Positions 26,958 to 32,912 of a stretch of DNA of 32,912 bases are shown piece after piece. This DNA comes from Bdellovibrionota bacterium. Its GTDB lineage: Bacteria; Bdellovibrionota_C; UBA2361; JBIKWN01. Below the pieces are notes generated by a model, which was given only the letters and a program-made list of their open reading frames with translations, ran no database searches and was not told the origin of the DNA. Both the position numbers and the translations under genes were made by a program. The stretch covers positions 1 to 32,912 of the forward strand of contig JBIKWN010000024.1 in NCBI GenBank assembly GCA_044356295.1, read 5' to 3'. The stretch's first letter is position 1. Every line of letters begins with the position of its first letter.

Positions 26958-27793
26958 TAATGCCCATCCATATTCAGAAATACAGACAAAATAGAACGGT
27001 AATAATCAATAAATGAGTTTTCTTTTTGAGCGGATTCATCCACTTCCCTTGTTGGCATATCAAATGACTCACGTAAAGTATTATACATACTTCTTGGCGA
27101 TGAAGTGCTTCCAATAAAGATCAAATGAGGAAAATCTTTTTTGTATTTTTTAATCATTTGTAATGATCGTGGAGTAAACTCAGCGGTGCTATTGTTCGGT
27201 CGAAGGGTTGAAACTTCTTTACAAGAAATATACCGAGCAAACGAAGAGAGCATCGAGTGATCTGAGATATAAGCACATTGAGGAGTCACATGCTCTGAAA
27301 ATACCTTCAAAAAACGAGCAGTAAAAACATCAACTTGTTCTTGAGTAATCTTAGACTGAGTACTTTCATTAATTGTAAGAACAAACAGCGGAATGGCCTT
27401 GAGAACAAGCTCAGGATTTAACCATCCATGCTCCGACATCGAAACAGGATCACCGATACTTGTTATTTTTTTTGCCCAACTAGAATTTTTTAATAAAGAT
27501 AGATTTAACTCAACACCACTGGAACTAAGAATAATCGAAGCATCATTGAGAAGCTTTATCTGACTCGGAACCATTTCAAAAGAATGAAGATCTATGCCAG
27601 GGGGTACGAGCGTAGAAATTCTATCAGCAGGAACGCCAAAATCAGTGAGTAAAATTTTTATTGGATGAACTGTTACAACAATCGAGGCATGTGCTGTCGT
27701 ACTCATAGAAAAGACAACAGCAATGGTAAAAACAATACCTAAACACTTCTCAATAAAAACAAGTTTCCAATGAACAATTTTATTCACTGACAA
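26957..27793 (-). CDS. Zn/Mn ABC transporter substrate-binding protein (ZnuA-like)
   Basis: Signal peptide (AHA), VVTVHPI, PPGIDLHSFE, EHGWLNP, SDHSML. Start codon uncertain (TTG 27793 or GTG 27787). Confidence 0.85.
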   Translation of the reverse strand: MSVNKIVHWKLVFIEKCLGIVFTIAVVFSMSTTAHASIVVTVHPIKILLTDFGVPADRISTLVPPGIDLHSFEMVPSQIKLLNDASIILSSSGVELNLSLLKNSSWAKKITSIGDPVSMSEHGWLNPELVLKAIPLFVLTINESTQSKITQEQVDVFTARFLKVFSEHVTPQCAYISDHSMLSSFARYISCKEVSTLRPNNSTAEFTPRSLQMIKKYKKDFPHLIFIGSTSSPRSMYNTLRESFDMPTREVDESAQKENSFIDYYRSILSVFLNMDGH

Positions 27794-29195
27794 TACTCTC
27801 AGATAAAGGAGGTCTCATTAATCTAAGTCGTGACTCAAGGGCAAGTCTTGCAAGTTCGGGATGACTTTGCTCTAAACGAGAAAGCTGATTTAAGTGATCA
27901 GCTGTTTGAGTAATCAACCGCGCTGCATCCCCCTCTGCTACACCTGAAAGCTTCAATAACGATGAAAACTCTAGCCACCCTTCACATTGTGCCCAAACGA
28001 TTGCTGTAAGAGCAGCATTCGGCACAACTTGTATATCACTTTGAAGCGGATTTGCTTGAGAATCTTTTACTCGAATTGTAATTCTTTCTAGATGCCGAAG
28101 AGTTTCTTTTTTCAATGGATTTGGCTTCAAGCCAAAATAGGTACGATGCGCATCTCCTGAGATACTTGCAACGAGTCCTATTAATTCATCAGAAGAAACT
28201 TCATCAAAGATTCCATCGCTGACTGATTCTGCTAACTCAAGAACAAGGCTTGTACAGAGTTCAGCAGCCCAATCTCCTTTCTCACTTAAGCCTCCACCTT
28301 CAAGATAACCAAGCTTTCGAAGCCCTTCTAGGGTTCTGTTTAAAAGCTCTTCTTGTCTTGTTTCTAGAGTATTAGCTTCACTTCTTAAACGTCGTATGCG
28401 TCGCATTACTCTTCTTTTCGTATCTGCGGGCAGATTCGAATCATCTTGCGTATCGTGCTCTCGTAATGAGGCTTCATCAAAAATATTTTTTGCCATTCGT
28501 CTATCGGAATAAGCGGCAAAACTTTTCTGAACCGTATATTTTAGATCGTCAACATTTCTAAACTTTAGTAAATTCAAAACGGTAGATGGTGATGCAAAGT
28601 ACTGCGAACGGAGTGGTTCAGGTGGCTGTTTTGAGACTTCATGAAGCACACGTGCGTCGCAGTATGGACCAGGTGCAACTAAACATATTCCGATTGCGTC
28701 TTTTCCTCTACGTCCTGCACGACCCGACATCTGTTGAAATTCAGATGACATTAAATTCTGGAATCCATCGTTTCCTCGTCTACTGTGAGCAGTTACGATA
28801 ACGCTTCTTGCTGGAAAATCAACACCGGCTGCAACAGTTCCAGTAGCAATAAGTAGTCGAAGCAATCCACGAGACATTAACTCTTCTAAAAGAAGTCTCC
28901 AAACTAAAAGCTGACCTGCGTGATGCGCGCCAACAGCTGTACTTAGAAGGGCTCCAAACTGTACATGATTGTAAATAATTTGAGCATCAAGAGCGTACTT
29001 GGAAATCACTTGCTCAATTGCTTCTTTCAACTTTTCAGTTTGGGCTGCGGGAACCATCCCAGCTTTTGAACGAACAAGTTGCTCTACGTCGAGATCGCAC
29101 TGTCTTCGTGAACTTCTAAATAAAATTGCGGGTAATAAATTGTCTTTTTCCAAAAAGAAAAGAACTTTACGAACTGGATATTCTCCGTACAACAT
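27780..29195 (-). CDS. Ski2/HelY-like SF2 helicase, C-terminal half (RecA2 plus C-terminal helical domains)
   Basis: Motif IV LPAILFRSSRRQCD, HHAG, motif V ATGTVAAGVDFPA, motif VI QMSGRAGRRG. Confidence 0.88.
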   Translation of the reverse strand: MLYGEYPVRKVLFFLEKDNLLPAILFRSSRRQCDLDVEQLVRSKAGMVPAAQTEKLKEAIEQVISKYALDAQIIYNHVQFGALLSTAVGAHHAGQLLVWRLLLEELMSRGLLRLLIATGTVAAGVDFPARSVIVTAHSRRGNDGFQNLMSSEFQQMSGRAGRRGKDAIGICLVAPGPYCDARVLHEVSKQPPEPLRSQYFASPSTVLNLLKFRNVDDLKYTVQKSFAAYSDRRMAKNIFDEASLREHDTQDDSNLPADTKRRVMRRIRRLRSEANTLETRQEELLNRTLEGLRKLGYLEGGGLSEKGDWAAELCTSLVLELAESVSDGIFDEVSSDELIGLVASISGDAHRTYFGLKPNPLKKETLRHLERITIRVKDSQANPLQSDIQVVPNAALTAIVWAQCEGWLEFSSLLKLSGVAEGDAARLITQTADHLNQLSRLEQSHPELARLALESRLRLMRPPLSESIVSE

Positions 29196-29198
29196 GAC

Positions 29199-30068
29199 TT
29201 ACCTTTTACCTCTTCTACTTCCACCACGACGATCAGAGGATTGTCCTGAGCGACCACGAGCATTATGTCGGTGTGATTCTTGACTACGACGAGGAGACAA
29301 CCTCATCCCAGCTCCATCGAGACGTATATTTTCATAATACTTTGCTACAGGTTCAAAAATTCTGCCGTTTTCAGAAGACAATGGCATAACTCCAATATCA
29401 GGATGAAGAAACCCAAGTCGAAGCTCGACAGGTCGGTCTCGTTTGATAACAACACGACAAGGGCGACCACGAACTTCAGAAATCCAGCCAGATACTTCGG
29501 CTGCATTAGAAATTGAAGCTGATAACATTAGAAGAGTTGAAGAAGTTGGTGTAAGAATGATGCTCTCTTCCCAAACAGCGCCTCTTTGTTGATCTGCGAT
29601 AAAATGTACTTCATCAAGTACAACGAGCCCATAACCTGCCGAGTCTTTATATAACTCATTTCGATAAATTTCAGTTGTTGCAACAACAACTGATGCATCA
29701 CCATCAATTTTTCTATCGCCAGTTAATAAACCTACTTTTACTCTTGGTTCAAATGTCTTTTTAAGCTCAGAATACTTTGTATTAGAAAGAGCTTTCAACG
29801 GTGTTGTATAGACAGAACGTGCTTTCATACCAATAGTTGCTTCAATAGCTTGAAGAGCTATAAAAGTTTTTCCAGCACCAGTAGGTGCGACTACTAACGT
29901 ATCAACTCCCTCAGAAACAAGAGATATAGCTTCACGTTGAAAATCATCGATTTCAAAATGTTCTGAAAGCGGCGCTCCAACACCATCTAAAAGACGTGCT
30001 TTTTCTTTTACTAAGTCTACCTTTCCACCAGTGAAATGTTTAGGAGGTCGGTTACGATCGTTTGGCAT
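29199..30068 (-). CDS. Ski2/HelY-like SF2 helicase, N-terminal half (RecA1)
   Basis: DDFQREA, APTGAGKT, YTTPLKALSN, LLTGD, ATTEIYRN, DEVH, LSAS, RPVEL; ends in an R/G/S-rich tail. Confidence 0.88.
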   Translation of the reverse strand: MPNDRNRPPKHFTGGKVDLVKEKARLLDGVGAPLSEHFEIDDFQREAISLVSEGVDTLVVAPTGAGKTFIALQAIEATIGMKARSVYTTPLKALSNTKYSELKKTFEPRVKVGLLTGDRKIDGDASVVVATTEIYRNELYKDSAGYGLVVLDEVHFIADQQRGAVWEESIILTPTSSTLLMLSASISNAAEVSGWISEVRGRPCRVVIKRDRPVELRLGFLHPDIGVMPLSSENGRIFEPVAKYYENIRLDGAGMRLSPRRSQESHRHNARGRSGQSSDRRGGSRRGKR

Positions 30069-30074
30069 AAAAAT

Positions 30075-30794
30075 TTATTGAAAAGTGTATCGAGATGACA
30101 CAAAAGTTGAAAGTTGAGAACAAGGTTGAGTTTTAAGATCAGCAAGTGTTCCTTGAAAACGAACTTGTCCGTTAAATAGGGCAACTACTTCATTTACTCG
30201 TGGTAGAAGTCTTCTTAAATCGTGACTTACGATAATGATTGTAGGCCTATATTCCTTATGTATGGCTGTGATCAGATTCATAATGACATTACTAGCAATT
30301 GGATCAAGTCCGGCAGTTGGATCGTCAAGTAACAATAATCTTGGACGCGAAATGAGGGCGCGGGCTAAGCTAATTCTTCTCCTCATTCCTCCACTGAGTT
30401 GCCCTGGAATTTTCTGACTCGCTTTTACAAGGCCGACCCGCAACAGTATCTCTTGTACTTTAGCATGAACAAGCATTTTCTGATCATCTTCTAAATGCCA
30501 CGTCGGCACTTCACCTTGAACTAAGGGAAACGAAAGATTGTCATAGACACTCATAGAATCAAAAAGAGCTCCTTCTTGAAACATGAGACCAATCTCATCG
30601 CTTTTACAGATATCGAGCTGAAAAGCTCCATGACTAGGGTGAATCACACCTGCAAGTATTTTCAAGAGAGTACTTTTTCCACCTCCACTAGGACCAATAA
30701 GTCCAGTAATCGTTCCTGGCTCAACGGCAAAAGAAACACCATTGAGTATATGTTTCTGACCAAAGAATCGGTGAATGTCTTCAAGAATAAACAT
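30075..30794 (-). CDS. MlaF/Ttg2A-like ABC ATPase
   Basis: GPSGGGKST, FQEGALFDSMSVYDN, LSGGMRRR, LLLDDPTAGLDP, VSHD. Confidence 0.88.
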   Translation of the reverse strand: MFILEDIHRFFGQKHILNGVSFAVEPGTITGLIGPSGGGKSTLLKILAGVIHPSHGAFQLDICKSDEIGLMFQEGALFDSMSVYDNLSFPLVQGEVPTWHLEDDQKMLVHAKVQEILLRVGLVKASQKIPGQLSGGMRRRISLARALISRPRLLLLDDPTAGLDPIASNVIMNLITAIHKEYRPTIIIVSHDLRRLLPRVNEVVALFNGQVRFQGTLADLKTQPCSQLSTFVSSRYTFQ

Positions 30795-31751
30795 TTAACT
30801 GTTTTCTAAAGATTGTTTAAGTTCAGATAATATCTTCATTTGGGCTTCGAAGGTAGGTGCGATAAGAAAGCTTTTCCGCCATTGCTGACCTTTGACCATC
30901 TGTGAAACCAATTGCTTTAGTTTCCCCGATGCTGCTTTTTCTGGAAACTCTTCCAAAAGTAAATCCTTGTATCTCTCGATGACTGCAAGATATTCACTAT
31001 TTGTTCTTTCAGATATCTTACCTTTTATGATATCGGTAAAAATCCAAGGATTTTCGATAGCGCCTCTGCCAATAAATAAACCGTCTGCACCAGATTGCAT
31101 TTTTTCTTCGGCAGTTTGTTTACTTACTACATCACCGCTACCACAAACAGGAATTTTTACATTCGATTTTGCTGCTGTTATAAAACTCCAATCTGCGACA
31201 CCACGGTAAAGATCAGATCTAGTTCTTCCGTGAATGGTGATCCCCTCAACACCTTCACTCTCAGCAATATGAGCAATTTCAAGACAATTTTTTGATTGAG
31301 CATCCCATCCAGATCTCATCTTCATCGTCAGTGGAACTTTAATTGATTTTCTTACAGTATTAAAAATTGTTTTTAAATGATCAGGTTGGCGCATGAGCTC
31401 GCACCCCCCACCTTTCCTTACAACTTTTGGTGCTGGGCAGCCACAATTAATATCGACTAGATCGACACCAAAGTCTTCACACATTTTTGCAGCATCTGCC
31501 ATGCGTTTGGGATCATAACCAAATATTTGAATACCATATGGTCGCTCCATTTCATGGAACTTCATCATATCAAGAGTTTTTTTTATTTTACGGGTCATCC
31601 CTTCAACAGAGACAAATTCACTGAGCATCAACCCGACCGTATCTGGATTTAACTCTTTTATGAGTCTTCGAAAACTTGAACAAGTAACGCCGCTCATTGG
31701 AGCAAGCACTAAACCACCAGTAATGGAGATATCTCGAATATAATAGGTCAT
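30795..31751 (-). CDS. dusB: tRNA-dihydrouridine synthase (DusB-like)
   Basis: LAPMSGVT, QIFG, DINCGCP, KMRSGW, IHGRT, GSGDV, IGRGAIENPWIF. Confidence 0.92.
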   Translation of the reverse strand: MTYYIRDISITGGLVLAPMSGVTCSSFRRLIKELNPDTVGLMLSEFVSVEGMTRKIKKTLDMMKFHEMERPYGIQIFGYDPKRMADAAKMCEDFGVDLVDINCGCPAPKVVRKGGGCELMRQPDHLKTIFNTVRKSIKVPLTMKMRSGWDAQSKNCLEIAHIAESEGVEGITIHGRTRSDLYRGVADWSFITAAKSNVKIPVCGSGDVVSKQTAEEKMQSGADGLFIGRGAIENPWIFTDIIKGKISERTNSEYLAVIERYKDLLLEEFPEKAASGKLKQLVSQMVKGQQWRKSFLIAPTFEAQMKILSELKQSLENS

Positions 31752-31753
31752 CA

Positions 31754-32912
31754 CTATAAACTGCGACGAACAAAACCGGAAAGTTCTTCAATAGTAAACG
31801 GTTTTGGTAAAAATCCTCGGGCACCTGCCTCGAGCATTCTTTCAACAGATCCTTCAGCGCTAAAGCCTGAAATCACTAAAAAGTTGGCTTTAGGATACTC
31901 TTTTCTCACCTCAAAGAAAAACTCCTCCCCAGACATACCAGGCATCAGCATATCGGTGATTATGAGATCAAAAGGAAGACCATCTTTCTTAATATCTCTT
32001 AAAGCTTCAAGAGCAGAACTCGATGTGGTCACTTTGTAGCCCAAATGCTGCAAGCTAACTGAAAGAACATTTCTAATCGAAAGCTCATCATCGACGATAA
32101 GAATACGCTCAGTTCCACGCAGAATTGAGTCTTGAATTTTAGAAGCTTTCGCCTCTTCACTTTCAATGACTGTCTGAACTGGCAAGTAGACACTCACAAC
32201 AGTTCCAAATCCGACCTTCGAATTTACTGCTACAGATCCGCCAAGTTTTTTACAGATCTCTGAAATCGTATAAAGACCAAGACCCGTACCTTTATCTCTC
32301 TTGGTAGTAAAAAATGGTTCAAATATTTTCTCTAAGAGAGAATCATCTATCCCTGTTCCAGTATCACGCACTGAAAGTACTGCATAAGAAGTGCAAGCTG
32401 GTTCCTCGGTTTTTAAAACAGTTTTTAAAGTGTCGAGATCTTTTTCAATTCTAAGCGCAACCTCCAACTCACCTTGGTCTTCGATTGCATCACGAGCATT
32501 CATCACTAAATTAACAAGAACCTGTCCGAGCTTTCCTTCAGTAGAAAGAACAGAAACATCTTGCACTTCGTAATGAGTTAATAACTTTAATCTTGTAGGG
32601 ATTGCCTTGCGTAAAAGGGTCAAGGTCTTTGTAATGACATCCCGCAAAAATACAGGTTCATTCTCATCACCATTTTCAACTCTAGAAAACTGTAATACTT
32701 GTGCCGTAATTGAAGCGCCTTTTTTTATTCCATCTTCGATAGCCTGAAGACTTTCCGAAACTTGAGGATTGTCACCAAGGACAGCACGCAAATACGTTGC
32801 GTGTCCTAAAATTCCAGTAAGTACATTATTGAAATCATGAGCTACTGCACCAGAGAGCAGACCTAATGTTTCCAGTCGTTGGGAATGAAAAAGTGAAAGT
32901 TGATCTGCTTTT
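31754..32912 (-). CDS. Hybrid sensor histidine kinase/receiver (CckA-like), 5' end outside window
   Basis: Frame is open to the window edge: [24 protein letters not shown] (H-box), [29 protein letters not shown]-terminal receiver (VDDE, TDMLMP, KPF). Confidence 0.95.
   Translation of the reverse strand, partial: KADQLSLFHSQRLETLGLLSGAVAHDFNNVLTGILGHATYLRAVLGDNPQVSESLQAIEDGIKKGASITAQVLQFSRVENGDENEPVFLRDVITKTLTLLRKAIPTRLKLLTHYEVQDVSVLSTEGKLGQVLVNLVMNARDAIEDQGELEVALRIEKDLDTLKTVLKTEEPACTSYAVLSVRDTGTGIDDSLLEKIFEPFFTTKRDKGTGLGLYTISEICKKLGGSVAVNSKVGFGTVVSVYLPVQTVIESEEAKASKIQDSILRGTERILIVDDELSIRNVLSVSLQHLGYKVTTSSSALEALRDIKKDGLPFDLIITDMLMPGMSGEEFFFEVRKEYPKANFLVISGFSAEGSVERMLEAGARGFLPKPFTIEELSGFVRRSL

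Noticed and set aside
29199..29201. Stop-codon recoding (Sec, Pyl or alternative genetic code) in the helicase
   Set aside because: The codon is TAA, which terminates many other genes in this window; Sec and Pyl use TGA and TAG.
29197..29204. AG/GTAAGT at the helicase break matches the spliceosomal 5' splice consensus
   Set aside because: Bacterial operon context, no intron-length insert, and the halves are already in frame; coincidence.
5..32573. Numerous short ORFs (about 60-135 aa) overlapping or antisense to the annotated genes, including 3637-3873 and 3846-4064
   Set aside because: They overlap well-supported genes or regulatory DNA, show no recognisable motifs, and are expected by chance.

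Overview
AT-rich bacterial chromosomal segment, mostly housekeeping genes on the minus strand. The gene content suggests a Gram-negative, deltaproteobacteria/Bdellovibrionota-like organism, but this is inference only. Left to right: truncated ACT-domain malic enzyme, a divergently oriented tyrosine recombinase, a divergent eukaryote-type hexokinase, a small hypothetical gene, sucA, a DUF2339-like membrane protein, ftsK, a lipoprotein, an extremely acidic protein, an M16 peptidase pair, YihY, a Cys-rich small protein, an NtrC-like regulator, a MoxR/CoxD-like AAA+ ATPase, lpxI-lpxA-fabZ-skp and fbaB. These are followed by a tightly packed operon: DUF192, etfA, etfB, a Zn/Mn ABC transporter, a Ski2/HelY-like helicase in two ORFs, an MlaF-like ATPase, dusB and a truncated hybrid histidine kinase. 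No tRNA, rRNA, CRISPR array or transposase was seen. The best leads are (1) the Ski2-like helicase split in-frame between its two RecA domains, (2) the recombinase/hexokinase block with its repeat-rich intergenic region, and (3) the acidic protein with a basic tail. All family calls come from motif recognition by eye, not from database searches.
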